A DNA stretch of 64,000 nucleotides from an uncultured Bacteroidales bacterium (GTDB lineage: Bacteria; Bacteroidota; Bacteroidia; Bacteroidales; JAADJA01), in the NCBI GenBank assembly GCA_963840975.1, contig CAWJBC010000007.1, positions 20,136 through 84,135 on the forward strand, in the 5' to 3' direction. Below, piece after piece: positions 20,067-30,929 of the stretch (position 1 is its first letter; each line of letters starts with the position of its first letter). The notes under the pieces were generated by a model, which was given only the letters and a program-made list of their open reading frames with translations, was not told the DNA's origin and did no database searches. The position numbers and the translations under genes were made by a program.

Positions 20067-21902
20067 ATGAATAAACTCACACTAATATTATTGTTTGGTA
20101 TATTCCTCAAATTTGGATTTGCACAGGACTTAGATAATCGTCAATCACCCATATCCTTTACCTCCAATTCTGAACCTCAGGATTTACAGCCGCAAATGTC
20201 ACCAAACACTGGTTACCCTTATACCAATAAAGCTTTGTTGTTGGTGCAATCTGACAGGATTGAATACGCCAATGTTAATGATTATATAATTCCCTACCTG
20301 GATAATTTCGGAATCCCTTACGATTTGGTTGACCTGAAAACAACGAGTTTACCCGATCTGGAAAGCTATGCAGTAGTAATTTTTGGACACAAAGAAGTTT
20401 ATCTGGATAATTATCCTTTAACCCAGATCGCAACAGCCGTATCAAACGGTGTTGGATTATACAGTTTCGATTCTCATCTTTTTGATTATAGTTCAGCTTT
20501 TAATCAGGTAGTTACTACCCAGACAATTGCACGAGTTCAAAAGATAGTATTTGCCAATACAACCCATTATATTACTCAAAAGCATCTGCCTGATTCCTAT
20601 AATACCACCAGTAATGAAATTACCCTTCAATATCCGAGTGCTATGGGAAATGCTGATTGGACTTTGAGTAATTCCAGTAATCTGATCAGTGGCAGTATTT
20701 TGATCAATGCAACCGATCCAACCCTCACAAACAGCACTATTAAGCTTATGGAAGTTTGCAATTATGGTTCAGGAAGAATTGTAAAATGGAATGGTACCGG
20801 CTGGATGTCCAAAAAGGTTTTAGGTTCTTTATATGGAATGGATGATGCGATCTGGAGAGGAATTGTTTGGGCTGCAAGGAAACCCTTTGTCCTGCTTGGA
20901 TTGCCCTCTTTCGTTACAATGAGAGTTGATGATGTAAAAGGAACCGGTACAGCATTGACAAATAATTTCCAATGGGTTTCTATTTGCAACAGTTATGGAT
21001 GGAAACCCTGGCTTGGAACATTTAATACATCTTTAAACCCAGCCTACATCCCTACATTGAAAAATTTAATTGACAACGGAATGGTCACGGCTGCCCCACA
21101 CGCTTTTAGTGATAACGCTTTCATTTATTTTAACCATTATTCCCAATCAGGATTTGATCCGGTGGCTAATTGTGAAAACGTTCGGAATTTTTATATTCAA
21201 AACAATTTAAAGATATCAAAGTTTTTCGTTCCCCATTTTTATGAATTGAGTTCAGCGTGCATACCTTCACTTGTAAAGATGAACTGCGAATTTATCGCCC
21301 TGACGCTGGAGCCGGACCAGTTATATGGAAATACTCCCTGGATTAACTGTGGTCCATATAACATCACTGATTACCGTCGTGTAGATAACCAAAGTCCGAT
21401 TTTCCACTGCGATTATATTGATCTGGATGGTACAAGTTTTTTCAATTGTATGACAGAAATAAGGGATGACGGAGGTTATGAATGGTACCCGATGTATTTA
21501 CCCGGTGATAATATTACATCAACAGTTGCCCGCGGGGTGCGACATTTAAGAAGAGCTTTGGATGGAATGGTTCTGCCTGTACTATTCACACATGAGTATT
21601 TCTTTGACGAAATATCTGTAAGTGATTGGACAACCATTATGGCAGGCGTAACCAATGGGATATCACCCTACGACCCAATTTTTACTACCACAGACTTTGC
21701 CGTCCAGTATATGAGAGCCAAAAAAAACACGACCATTACCAACGTGGTTGACAATCCAACTTCCGTTGAAATTTATTACTCGGCGAATAACGATATGAAT
21801 ATTCAATGTAAAATTTTCACAGAAGCAAACGGCCAAATTACACCCGAATTGATTGAGTTGCCGCAATTGAACGGTAGCGGGATTGTGACTGATATAAAAT
21901 AA
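20067..21902 (+). CDS. Secreted hypothetical protein
   Basis: 611-aa ORF with a signal peptide (LILLFGIFLKFGFAQ), 35 nt downstream of the previous cargo gene. I recognise no family. Confidence 0.5.
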   Translation: MNKLTLILLFGIFLKFGFAQDLDNRQSPISFTSNSEPQDLQPQMSPNTGYPYTNKALLLVQSDRIEYANVNDYIIPYLDNFGIPYDLVDLKTTSLPDLESYAVVIFGHKEVYLDNYPLTQIATAVSNGVGLYSFDSHLFDYSSAFNQVVTTQTIARVQKIVFANTTHYITQKHLPDSYNTTSNEITLQYPSAMGNADWTLSNSSNLISGSILINATDPTLTNSTIKLMEVCNYGSGRIVKWNGTGWMSKKVLGSLYGMDDAIWRGIVWAARKPFVLLGLPSFVTMRVDDVKGTGTALTNNFQWVSICNSYGWKPWLGTFNTSLNPAYIPTLKNLIDNGMVTAAPHAFSDNAFIYFNHYSQSGFDPVANCENVRNFYIQNNLKISKFFVPHFYELSSACIPSLVKMNCEFIALTLEPDQLYGNTPWINCGPYNITDYRRVDNQSPIFHCDYIDLDGTSFFNCMTEIRDDGGYEWYPMYLPGDNITSTVARGVRHLRRALDGMVLPVLFTHEYFFDEISVSDWTTIMAGVTNGISPYDPIFTTTDFAVQYMRAKKNTTITNVVDNPTSVEIYYSANNDMNIQCKIFTEANGQITPELIELPQLNGSGIVTDIK

Positions 21903-21988
21903 AGTTTCAAAAACTATGAAGAATTGATTGGCGAGATACCTAAATAGATTAAACTTATTCTGTGAATCGTTGAAAAAATTAATTCTAC

Positions 21989-23026
21989 TTAGAGATGATA
22001 ATCATCAATCCTATTCAGCCCGTCTATCGCTTTTTCGTAATTCGGGGTTAATTCCAGCGCTTTTTTATAATCTTTCCTGGAGTTCTCAGTGTCTTTTAGC
22101 ATCTCCCAGGCAAAGCCCCGGTTGTACCAGGCATCGGTATATTCAGGTTTCAATTCAATTACTTTGGTAAAATAGTCAATAGCCTTTGAATAATCCTTTA
22201 AATACACCAGGTTGATGTAGGCAATGTTGTACAAGGCATAATAAAACTGAGGGTCTTTCAATAAAAGTCCTTCGTAGATTTTTATTGCTTCATCATAATT
22301 TCCGGTTTCCTGGTAATACATTCCAAGATAATAACTCACATCCAGGTTGCCGGGTTTGATGTTCAGGGCATTGTTAAAGTAATCAACGGCTAACTTGTTT
22401 TTCTTTTCGGCATATATCATCCCCAACTGTAAATGGGCATCAAAATAGTCCTGGTCAACATCTATGGCTTTTTGAAAATTCCTTATGCTTCTGGCAGTAT
22501 CATTGTTTTCAAGGAAAACCACGCCCCTTAGAAAATACGCTTTGGACTGCAATTCATCAAGCTTTATCACATCATCAATATAAGCCATCGCTTTTTTATA
22601 GTCCCTGAAAACAATGTTGATCTCAGCCAATTTGATCAAAGCAGGCAGGTTGTTTGGATTGAGGGCTATGGCTTTGTCCAGCGATTGCAAAGTGGGTTGC
22701 ATTTTGCCCAATCCAAGATAGGCATCTGCCAAAGTCACATAAAAATCCGCATCAAAAGAATCAATTTCAATACAGGTAAGAGCATCCTTCAGGGCTGAGG
22801 TGTAATCCTCGGTTTCATTATAAAGGGCAGCCCTTTCATTGAATAATTGAGCGTTGCCTGAGTTTATTTTAATAAGTTCGTTCAACGCAGCCAATCGTTC
22901 TGTTTTTGGGTCTGCCAGTTCGTCCTTCTTTTCCTCTTCAGTGGGAGTACTTCTTTGCTGGCAGGCACTCAGAAGGGCAAATAGAATAAATATTCCAATG
23001 TATGCCGGATTAAATACTTTCATCAA
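21989..23026 (-). CDS. TPR-repeat lipoprotein
   Basis: Lipobox (FALLSAC) followed by about 8 consecutive 34-aa TPR units (A..Y..G......A...F.KAI.L.P). Confidence 0.8.
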   Translation of the reverse strand: MMKVFNPAYIGIFILFALLSACQQRSTPTEEEKKDELADPKTERLAALNELIKINSGNAQLFNERAALYNETEDYTSALKDALTCIEIDSFDADFYVTLADAYLGLGKMQPTLQSLDKAIALNPNNLPALIKLAEINIVFRDYKKAMAYIDDVIKLDELQSKAYFLRGVVFLENNDTARSIRNFQKAIDVDQDYFDAHLQLGMIYAEKKNKLAVDYFNNALNIKPGNLDVSYYLGMYYQETGNYDEAIKIYEGLLLKDPQFYYALYNIAYINLVYLKDYSKAIDYFTKVIELKPEYTDAWYNRGFAWEMLKDTENSRKDYKKALELTPNYEKAIDGLNRIDDYHL

Positions 23027-23192
23027 ATTTAGTTAAAAGAACCGGCAAAAGGCCGATTCTCAATTTTATAAAATCAAACAAATCATGCACATAATAATTG
23101 CAAAGTTCACCTAATATGCTACAGGCTATTAAAAAGAAATTTCAAATTCTTTGCAACTTTCATTGCGGTTCCTGGATGTAACTTTAATCCGG

Positions 23193-24203
23193 CTATTTTT
23201 CAGCAATTTTCTTCCTTATCAATCCTTCAAGTTCATCGGCTAATTCAGGATTATCAGCCAACAAACTTTTGACTGCATCCCTTCCCTGCCCTAACTTTGT
23301 TTCGCCATAAGCATACCACGAACCGCTCTTTTTTACTATACCAAGATCAACCCCAAGATCAACAATTTCGCCCGTCTTGGAAAATCCTTCACCGAAAATA
23401 ATATCTATCTCAGCTTGCAGAAATGGAGGTGCAACTTTATTTTTAACAACTTTCACCCGTACCCTGTTGCCAATCGGTTTTTCACCATCCTTTATCTGGC
23501 TGATTCTTCTGATATCCAATCTTACAGAAGCATAAAATTTCAGAGCATTGCCGCCGGTAGTCGTTTCAGGATTGCCGAACATCACGCCGATTTTTTCCCG
23601 CAATTGGTTAATGAAGATGCAACATGCACCTGTCTTACTGATGGTGGATGTTAGTTTCCTTAATGCCTGCGACATCAACCGAGCCTGTAAGCCCATTTTG
23701 GAATCGCCCATTTCGCCTTCAATTTCACTTTTGGGTGTAAGTGCAGCCACTGAATCAATTACGATGATGTCAATAGCCCCAGAACGTATCAGATTCTCGG
23801 TGATTTCAAGTGCTTGCTCTCCGTTATCAGGCTGTGAAATGAGAAGGTTTTCTATATCCACTCCCAGGTTTTTTGCATAAAAGCGATCAAAGGCATGTTC
23901 CGCATCAATGAATGCGGCAATCCCTCCTTTTTTCTGCGCTTCGGCTATCGCCTGAATTGCCAAAGTGGTTTTACCTGAAGCTTCTGGTCCATAAATTTCG
24001 GTTACCCTGCCTTTGGGTAATCCGCCGATTCCCAGGGCTGCATCCAAACCAATAGAGCCGGTTGAAATGCATGGGATGCTTTCAATGGCGGAATCGCCAA
24101 GTTTCATAACCGCTCCTTTACCATACGAGCGCTCAATTTTATCAAGCGTAAGCTGTAACGCTTTGAGTTTTTCCTTATTAATATCCTGTTCTTCTTTTGC
24201 CAT
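23193..24203 (-). CDS. recA: Recombinase RecA
   Basis: Canonical RecA sequence: [18 protein letters not shown] Walker [54 protein letters not shown]. Confidence 0.97.
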   Translation of the reverse strand: MAKEEQDINKEKLKALQLTLDKIERSYGKGAVMKLGDSAIESIPCISTGSIGLDAALGIGGLPKGRVTEIYGPEASGKTTLAIQAIAEAQKKGGIAAFIDAEHAFDRFYAKNLGVDIENLLISQPDNGEQALEITENLIRSGAIDIIVIDSVAALTPKSEIEGEMGDSKMGLQARLMSQALRKLTSTISKTGACCIFINQLREKIGVMFGNPETTTGGNALKFYASVRLDIRRISQIKDGEKPIGNRVRVKVVKNKVAPPFLQAEIDIIFGEGFSKTGEIVDLGVDLGIVKKSGSWYAYGETKLGQGRDAVKSLLADNPELADELEGLIRKKIAEK

Positions 24204-24213
24204 AATGTTTTCT

Positions 24214-24678
24214 TTATAGATTGTATTCGTTTAAGATTTGTTCTGCATGTTCACCTGTATTTACTTTTGTAAATATCTTCTCTATTTTTCCTTCTTCCGA
24301 AATAACGAATGTTGTGCGAATGATTCCATCATACGATCTGCCCATAAATTTTTTAGGTCCCCAAACGCCATAATCCTGAATAATTTTTTTTTCGGTATCC
24401 GGAATCAAAGGAAAAGGCAGACTTTTTTTTGAGATGAAACTCTTTTGATTCTTTACATTATCAGCGCTTACACCAATAATCCTGAATCCTTTGCTCAAAA
24501 GTTCTTTATAATGGTCTCTCAGACTGCATGCTTCTGCCGTGCAGCCCGGAGTATTCGCTTTTGGATAGAAAAACAAAATCAATTTGCTGCCTTTATAATC
24601 CTTTAATTTTATTTCATTGTCATCCTGATCCTTTGTATTTATATCAGGAGCTATTTCTCCAACGTTTAATTGCATCAT
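24214..24678 (-). CDS. bcp: Thioredoxin-dependent peroxiredoxin Bcp/PrxQ
   Basis: [16 protein letters not shown] peroxidatic-Cys motif. The start is taken at [12 protein letters not shown] (ATG 24678), because the upstream part of the ORF has no homology-like character. Confidence 0.85.
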   Translation of the reverse strand: MMQLNVGEIAPDINTKDQDDNEIKLKDYKGSKLILFFYPKANTPGCTAEACSLRDHYKELLSKGFRIIGVSADNVKNQKSFISKKSLPFPLIPDTEKKIIQDYGVWGPKKFMGRSYDGIIRTTFVISEEGKIEKIFTKVNTGEHAEQILNEYNL

Positions 24679-24767
24679 ATCGCAAAGGTTTTGTCTTAGA
24701 TACAAAATTATCAAATTATTCAAGAAACCGGTATGCTAACTTTGAATAATTATTAACATAAATTGAA

Positions 24768-25430
24768 TTATTTTCTTCCCGGGCTTTTCAATGGATGAAT
24801 GTCAGAATAATACCTGCAAATGCTTGTTAGCCCGCACTCTTCGCACAATGGCTTACGGGATTTGCAAACATATCGCCCATGAAGGATAAGCCAGTGATGT
24901 GCCAGCGAAATTTTACTTTCGGGGATTTGCCTGACCAATTGCCTTTCTGCTTCCAGTGGATTTTTTGCGTTAGTTGTAAGTCCGATCCTTGCAGAAACCC
25001 TGAAAACGTGGGTATCAACTGCCATTGCAGGCTTATTGAACACAACCGATGCTATCACATTAGCCGTTTTTCTTCCCACACCCGGTAGTTTCTGCAACTC
25101 ATCAACATCACTTGGAACAACACTATTGAATTTTTCCAGTAGCGTCCTTGCCATCCCTATCAGGTTCCGTGTTTTATTGTTTGGATAGGAACAACTCCTG
25201 ATCAATTCAAAAACTTCGATTTCACTTGCTGCTGCCAATTTGTGTTCATCCGGAAACTTTTTAAAAAACGCCGGAGTAATCAGATTCACCCGAACATCAG
25301 TGCATTGCGCCGATAAAATAACGGAAACAATCAATTCATAAGGTGTGCGGAAAACCAATTCTGTCTCAGCCGCAGGATTGTGTGCTTCAAAGTAAGCGAT
25401 GGCTTTTTCGTATCGTTCCTTGATTGTCAA
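24768..25430 (-). CDS. nth: Endonuclease III
   Basis: HhH-GPD motif (LPGVGRKTANVI, AVDTHVFRV) and a C-terminal 4Fe-4S cluster CKSRKPLCEECGLTSIC. TTG start. Confidence 0.92.
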   Translation of the reverse strand: MTIKERYEKAIAYFEAHNPAAETELVFRTPYELIVSVILSAQCTDVRVNLITPAFFKKFPDEHKLAAASEIEVFELIRSCSYPNNKTRNLIGMARTLLEKFNSVVPSDVDELQKLPGVGRKTANVIASVVFNKPAMAVDTHVFRVSARIGLTTNAKNPLEAERQLVRQIPESKISLAHHWLILHGRYVCKSRKPLCEECGLTSICRYYSDIHPLKSPGRK

Positions 25431-25510
25431 AATAATTTCATTTAAGTATTATGTTGTTTAAAAATTGGGTGCTAATTTACTATTCTTATTCTGCTCAGGA
25501 AAATAAAAAA

Positions 25511-25539
25511 AGCCCCAAACACTTTTCGTTGGCGGGGCT
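25511..25539 (-). terminator. Hairpin terminator after the small ORF downstream of the sigma factor
   Basis: AGCCCC ... GGGGCT stem flanked by an A-run (25504..25510) and a T-run, 22 nt past the stop at 25562. Confidence 0.45.
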
Positions 25540-25561
25540 TTTCAATGCTGTCATTTTCTTT

Positions 25562-25819
25562 CTAATTCATGAGGATGGTAAAGACCCCTGCATATTCTGT
25601 TTTAACAACTAAAAGTGCCTGGGAGTATCCTAAAATATTGCTTAAAACATTTTTATCGGGCAGCAACATTTCATGACCTGAATTGTTAAAAGACTCCACA
25701 TGGTAATTTGGGAATTCCGGAAAGTCGTTCCCTGGATTCATCAAATCGTGATTCAACCATTCGCTGGTGTCGTCCTGATTTGTTAGAAAGTTTTCATTTA
25801 AAGTAAAGGATTTCTTCAT
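25562..25819 (-). CDS. Small hypothetical protein downstream of the ECF sigma factor
   Basis: 85-aa ORF from ATG 25819 with no recognisable motif or TM segment. The only support is its position after the sigma gene, followed by a terminator. Confidence 0.3.
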   Translation of the reverse strand: MKKSFTLNENFLTNQDDTSEWLNHDLMNPGNDFPEFPNYHVESFNNSGHEMLLPDKNVLSNILGYSQALLVVKTEYAGVFTILMN

Positions 25820-25962
25820 AGGCAATTTTAAAAAATTTACATTTTACAAATTACCTAACGAGGTCAGCTTTCCTTTTATTTTGGCAAGCTACATTTTTTT
25901 GTTAAAAAACTCATTCAAGAAAATGGTAATTTTTTGCTCCAGGCATTTAATCAGCCGCTGCG

Positions 25963-26553
25963 TTAGTGCGTCAGGACAATATCATTTTCTGCAATCAATT
26001 TCCTAAGGTTTATGAGCGCATATCGCATCCTTCCCAATGCAGTGTTTATACTTACATCTGTAACTTCAGCAATATCCTTAAAACTCATTTCGGCATAGTG
26101 GCGCATATAAAGCACTTCGCGCTGTTCAGCAGGAAGTAGTTCGATAAGTTTCCTGACATCCTGATGTATTTGTTCGGTTATGATCCTGTCCTCAATGGAT
26201 TCTTCCATCACGTTAAGGTTTTCAAAAATATCATAATCCTCATTCTTGCTGTTGTCAATAACCGGAATACGGTTTGATTTTCTGAAATGATCTATTACAA
26301 GATTATGAGCAATACGCATAACCCACTGCAGGAATTTACCCTCTTCGTTATAAGAACCTGACCTGATGGTATTGATTACCTTGATGAAGGTATCCTGAAA
26401 CAAATCGTCAGCCAATTCCTTATTTTTTGTGATCATAAGGATATAAGCATAAACACGATTCTGATGACGGCTGATTAGGATTTCAAGACTAGGGTGATGT
26501 CCTTGTATATATCTACCTATAAGCTCTCTATCACTTTGAAGCTGAGCATTCAT
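25963..26553 (-). CDS. RNA polymerase ECF-type sigma-70 factor
   Basis: Region 2 (DLFQDTFIKV ... WVMRIAHNLVIDHFRK) and region 4 HTH (MSFKDIAEVTDVSINTALGRMRYAL). Confidence 0.85.
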   Translation of the reverse strand: MNAQLQSDRELIGRYIQGHHPSLEILISRHQNRVYAYILMITKNKELADDLFQDTFIKVINTIRSGSYNEEGKFLQWVMRIAHNLVIDHFRKSNRIPVIDNSKNEDYDIFENLNVMEESIEDRIITEQIHQDVRKLIELLPAEQREVLYMRHYAEMSFKDIAEVTDVSINTALGRMRYALINLRKLIAENDIVLTH

Positions 26554-26725
26554 ATTTGACCTCCTTTTTAATGGATTAATAGGTAGAATTTACAACTATA
26601 GGCTCTCCTCCTTTTTTTTAGATTAATATTGTCTTGAAATATTTAACAAATATAGTGCAAAACTAACATACATTTAATTCATTTGCAAATTTAATTTATA
26701 ATTTTGATCGGAGATTACTTAAAAT

Positions 26726-29551
26726 ATGTTAAATAAAGACATTACAACCCTTGATCCAAGGGACTATATAATTGTAAAAGGTGCAAGGGTACACAATCTG
26801 AAAAATATAGATGTTGCCATCCATAAAAACAAGCTGATTGTCATTACCGGATTGTCGGGGTCAGGCAAATCATCTTTGGCGTTTGATACCCTTTTTGCAG
26901 ATGGGCAAAGGCGTTATGTTGAAAGCCTTAGTTCGTATGCCCGTCAATTCCTGGGAAGAATGAGTAAACCTGAAGTTGATTATATCAAAGGAATAGCACC
27001 TGCTATCGCTATTGAACAAAGGGTCAATACACGGAATCCTCGCTCAACTGTCGGCACTTCCACTGAAATTTACGAATACTTAAAACTTCTATATGCCCGC
27101 ATCGGGAAAACCTATTCCCCCGTTTCTGGAAAACTGGTCGAAAGGCATACCACAACGGCAGTAACTGAATTTATTTTTAACCTTCCTTATGACTCAAATA
27201 TTCTTATTTGCTCTCCGATTGATATAATAAAAAAGGATCGGTCAATTAAAGATCAGCTTTCCATATTGATGCAACAGGGCTTTAACCGAATATGGATTCA
27301 AAATGAAATCAAACGGATTGATGAGATAGAACCGGATAAAATAAATAGAACTGATCAATTGAATTTGGTGATTGACCGTATTCAGCTTGCGGAAAAAGAT
27401 GAGGATTTAAGATCAAGGGTGGCGGATTCAGTTCAAATTGCTTTTTTTGAGGGTCATGGTTCATGTTTGATAGAAGTGAGTGAAAGCGGGAAAACTAAAT
27501 CATATAGCTTTTCCAATAGATTTGAGGCGGATGGAATTATTTTTGAAGAACCAACGGTAAACCTGTTCAGTTTCAACAACCCTTACGGTGCCTGTAAAAC
27601 CTGTGAAGGGTTCGGAAACGTAATAGGCATTGACCCTGATCTCGTGATTCCGAACAAAAGCCTTTCGGTTTATGAGGATGCTATTGCCTGCTGGAAGGGC
27701 GAAAAAATGACAGAATGGAAAGATGTACTGATTAAAAATGCTTATAAGTTCGATTTCCCTGTTCATAAACCGGTTTATGAATTAACGAGGGAACAACAAA
27801 AACTTCTCTGGACAGGTAACAGTTATTTCAATGGCATCAGCGATTTTTTCAGGTATGTTGAGGAACAAACCTATAAAATACAATATCGGGTAATGTTGTC
27901 CAGGTACAGAGGAAAAACCCTTTGTCCGGAATGTGGCGGCGCAAGGCTGAGAAAGGACGCCGGTTATGTTAAAGCAGCCGGGAAGTCAATTAACGAACTT
28001 GTTATAATGCCGGTGAGCGATCTCCTCACCTTCTTTAATAACATTCAACTAAATGACTACGACAGGAAAGTGGCTGAAAGGTTGGTGGTAGAAATTAAAA
28101 ACAGGCTGTCGTACCTCGAAAACGTAGGATTGGGTTACCTTACCCTTAACCGCCTGTCCAATTCATTATCCGGGGGAGAATCACAGCGTATTAACCTCGC
28201 AACATCGCTTGGTAGTAGCCTTGTGGGTTCATTGTATATCCTGGATGAGCCAAGTATCGGTTTGCATCCCCGTGATACCATGAAATTAATTTCAGTCCTG
28301 AAACAATTGCGCGATACCGGTAATACTGTAATTGTAGTTGAACATGAGGAGGAGATTATTAAAGAAGCTGATGAAATCGTTGACATCGGTCCTCTGGCAG
28401 GTACACATGGAGGTGAATTGATATTTCAGGGCAAGTATGAGGAACTAATTAACTCCGGCGAAAGCCTCACAGCAAAATACCTGGCCAACCGGCTCAATAT
28501 TGAATATCCAAAAACAAGAAGAAAATGGAAAGAATTCATTGAGGTAACAGGCGCTCATGAAAACAATTTGAAAAACATTACACTCCGCTTTCCACTGAAT
28601 ATAATAACTGCTGTGACCGGTGTTAGCGGCTCGGGTAAGACCTCACTTGTAAAAAATATTTTATATCCGGCACTCAGAAAAATGTATGGGGGTTATGGCG
28701 AAAGAACCGGGAAGTTTGATAAACTTTCCGGAGATATTTCGCGCATTGCCAATGTCGAAATGGTAGATCAAAACCCTATTGGACGTTCTTCAAGGTCAAA
28801 TCCCGCAACCTATGTAAAAGCTTATGATGAAATCAGGGCGCTGTTTTCCAGCCAGCCATTGGCAAAAGTAAGAGGCTATAAACCCGGATATTTTTCTTTT
28901 AACATTGAAGGTGGGCGCTGCGAAGAGTGCGAGGGAGAAGGGGTGGTCAAAATCGAAATGCAGTTTATGGCTGATATTTTTCTCACCTGCGAACAATGCG
29001 GTGGAAAAAGGTTCAGGGAGGAAGTATTGGACATCAAAGTGAAGGAAAAGGACATCAATGATATCCTTAACATGACCATTGACGAGGCGATTGAATTTTT
29101 TGATCATCTTGAAAAAGATTCTTCTTATGGTAAAAAAATCGTTGATAAGCTAAAGCCTCTGCAGGATGTAGGTTTAGGGTATTTAGGATTGGGGCAACCT
29201 TCAAGCACACTCAGCGGCGGAGAAGCACAGCGTGTGAAACTGGCTTTCTTTCTCTCAAAAGGAGCAAATGAAGCTCCTACCCTATTTATATTTGATGAAC
29301 CAACCACCGGACTCCATTTTCATGATATATCCAAACTGCTTTTAGCCCTGAATGCACTTATCGAAAAAGGACATTCCATAATTGTGATTGAACACAACAT
29401 GGAGGTAATTAAGTGTGCCGATTGGATCATTGACCTCGGTCCGGAAGGTGGTGAACAGGGTGGGTATTTAGTCTTTGAAGGCAGACCCGAAGACCTCATC
29501 AAATTAGAAAATTCCTATACTGCCAGGTATTTGAAGGCAAAAATTGATTGA
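26726..29551 (+). CDS. uvrA: Excinuclease ABC subunit A
   Basis: 941 aa with two ABC modules (GLSGSGKSSLAFDT, GVSGSGKTSL), LSGGE signatures and zinc-finger cysteines (CKTCEGFG, CPECGG, CEECEGEG ... CEQCGG). Confidence 0.97.
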   Translation: MLNKDITTLDPRDYIIVKGARVHNLKNIDVAIHKNKLIVITGLSGSGKSSLAFDTLFADGQRRYVESLSSYARQFLGRMSKPEVDYIKGIAPAIAIEQRVNTRNPRSTVGTSTEIYEYLKLLYARIGKTYSPVSGKLVERHTTTAVTEFIFNLPYDSNILICSPIDIIKKDRSIKDQLSILMQQGFNRIWIQNEIKRIDEIEPDKINRTDQLNLVIDRIQLAEKDEDLRSRVADSVQIAFFEGHGSCLIEVSESGKTKSYSFSNRFEADGIIFEEPTVNLFSFNNPYGACKTCEGFGNVIGIDPDLVIPNKSLSVYEDAIACWKGEKMTEWKDVLIKNAYKFDFPVHKPVYELTREQQKLLWTGNSYFNGISDFFRYVEEQTYKIQYRVMLSRYRGKTLCPECGGARLRKDAGYVKAAGKSINELVIMPVSDLLTFFNNIQLNDYDRKVAERLVVEIKNRLSYLENVGLGYLTLNRLSNSLSGGESQRINLATSLGSSLVGSLYILDEPSIGLHPRDTMKLISVLKQLRDTGNTVIVVEHEEEIIKEADEIVDIGPLAGTHGGELIFQGKYEELINSGESLTAKYLANRLNIEYPKTRRKWKEFIEVTGAHENNLKNITLRFPLNIITAVTGVSGSGKTSLVKNILYPALRKMYGGYGERTGKFDKLSGDISRIANVEMVDQNPIGRSSRSNPATYVKAYDEIRALFSSQPLAKVRGYKPGYFSFNIEGGRCEECEGEGVVKIEMQFMADIFLTCEQCGGKRFREEVLDIKVKEKDINDILNMTIDEAIEFFDHLEKDSSYGKKIVDKLKPLQDVGLGYLGLGQPSSTLSGGEAQRVKLAFFLSKGANEAPTLFIFDEPTTGLHFHDISKLLLALNALIEKGHSIIVIEHNMEVIKCADWIIDLGPEGGEQGGYLVFEGRPEDLIKLENSYTARYLKAKID

Positions 29552-29612
29552 ACCGGACAACCATCCCGAAAAGTCACACGATGAAAATAAATTTTCACCT
29601 TCAATTATTCAC

Positions 29613-29634
29613 TATTTTTGCAACATTGTCGCAA
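29613..29634 (+). promoter_or_regulatory. Candidate Bacteroidota -7 box (TATTTTTG) overlapping an imperfect palindrome TTGCAACATTGTCGCAA (possible Zur operator)
   Basis: TAnnTTTG at 29613..29620. The 17-nt palindrome at 29618..29634 matches its own reverse complement at 14 of 17 positions. It sits directly upstream of the ATG at 29640 of the Fur-family gene heading the znu operon. Confidence 0.3.
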
Positions 29635-29639
29635 TTATT

Positions 29640-30032
29640 ATGACTGCTTTAAATTTGTTATCGCAAAAGAAATTAAGTAAAACTGACTGCAGGTTAAAAA
29701 TCCTGAACATAATTCTCGATAGCCCCACAGCTCTGTCAGAAAGAGATATTGAGAATAAAACTTCAGGAACCTGCGACCGGGCGACAATTTACAGAACGTT
29801 GAAACTATTTGTCGGTTCCGGGATCATACATCCCATCGCCACAGAAGGAATGGTTACAAGGTATATTCTGAAAAAGGAACCCACGGAGCATTTGCATTTT
29901 AAATGCGGAGAGTGCGGAGGCATTATTTGTCTTCCGGATATTCCTGTCAGTGATTATTCGTTACCCAGGGGATTTACAAAAAATGAAGCCAGTGTTTTAA
30001 TTACAGGAATTTGCAATGTATGTAATGAATAA
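29640..30032 (+). CDS. zur: Fur-family metalloregulator, probably Zur
   Basis: Winged-helix N-terminus (RLKILNIILDSP...RATIYRTLKLF). Paired CxxC motifs (CGECGG ... CNVCN). Located immediately upstream of znuABC-like genes. The start is taken at ATG 29640. Confidence 0.7.
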   Translation: MTALNLLSQKKLSKTDCRLKILNIILDSPTALSERDIENKTSGTCDRATIYRTLKLFVGSGIIHPIATEGMVTRYILKKEPTEHLHFKCGECGGIICLPDIPVSDYSLPRGFTKNEASVLITGICNVCNE

Positions 30033-30921
30033 AAAAATTAAAATAACAGACGTAATTTCGATGCTCAGATTCAGTATAGCAGGTCTGATGCTAATCGCTT
30101 TATTGGGTTGCAGACAAACAAGCAATCGTTCAGAAAAACCAGTGATCACTGTAAGCATACTTCCGCAAAAATATTTTGTAGAAAAAATTACAGGTGACAG
30201 GTACAAGGTAAATGTAATGGTACCGCCTGGAGCCAGCCACGAAAACTACGACCCCACTCCTGAACAAATTATCAGGCTTGCAGAAGCTATAGTTTATTTC
30301 AGAATAGGAAACATAGATTTTGAAAACTCCTGGATTCCAAAGTTTGCTGAAAATTATCCCGAACTCAAATTTGTCAGCCTGTCAAAACATCTAAACCTGA
30401 TTGAAGGCTCGGATGATGATCATCATCATGGGCAAAGTGATCCGCATATATGGATGTCGCCATCCAATGTAAAGATTATGGCTAAAACCATTTACGAAAC
30501 AGTGGTGGAAAAGGACATGAATAATGAGCCATATTATACTCTTAATTACAAGCTGTTTATACAGGAACTTGATTCGTTGAACGGATTTGTGAGAGGTAAA
30601 TTCAAAAATGCCAAATCGAACAGTTTTATTATTTATCACCCGGCGCTAACCTATTATGCACGCGACTTCGGACTAATACAACAAGCGATAGAACTGGAAG
30701 GGAAAAGTCCATCGGTTCAGCATCTCACCGAATTAATTGATTTAGCAAGAAGGGAAAGGATCAAAATCGTTCTGGTACAAAAGCAATTCGACATATCGAA
30801 AGCTGAAACCATCGCAAATGAAATTGATGGAAATGTAGTTGAAATTGACCCAATGAATGAGAACTGGCAAGAGGAAATGGTAAATATTACCAACAAATTA
30901 TCGGAGGCTTTTTCTAAATAG
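30016..30921 (+). CDS. znuA: Metal (zinc) ABC transporter substrate-binding lipoprotein, ZnuA-like
   Basis: Lipobox (IALLGC), His-rich loop (GSDDDHHHGQSDPHIW) and the cluster-9 SBP pattern. The exact start is ambiguous (30016, 30025 or 30061). Confidence 0.8.
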   Translation: MYVMNKKIKITDVISMLRFSIAGLMLIALLGCRQTSNRSEKPVITVSILPQKYFVEKITGDRYKVNVMVPPGASHENYDPTPEQIIRLAEAIVYFRIGNIDFENSWIPKFAENYPELKFVSLSKHLNLIEGSDDDHHHGQSDPHIWMSPSNVKIMAKTIYETVVEKDMNNEPYYTLNYKLFIQELDSLNGFVRGKFKNAKSNSFIIYHPALTYYARDFGLIQQAIELEGKSPSVQHLTELIDLARRERIKIVLVQKQFDISKAETIANEIDGNVVEIDPMNENWQEEMVNITNKLSEAFSK

Positions 30922-30929
30922 TGTGATTC

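Noticed and set aside
21928-22170. 80-aa plus-strand ORF after the 611-aa secreted protein
   Set aside because: It is antisense to the C-terminal TPR repeats of the 21989..23026 gene and is a shadow ORF.
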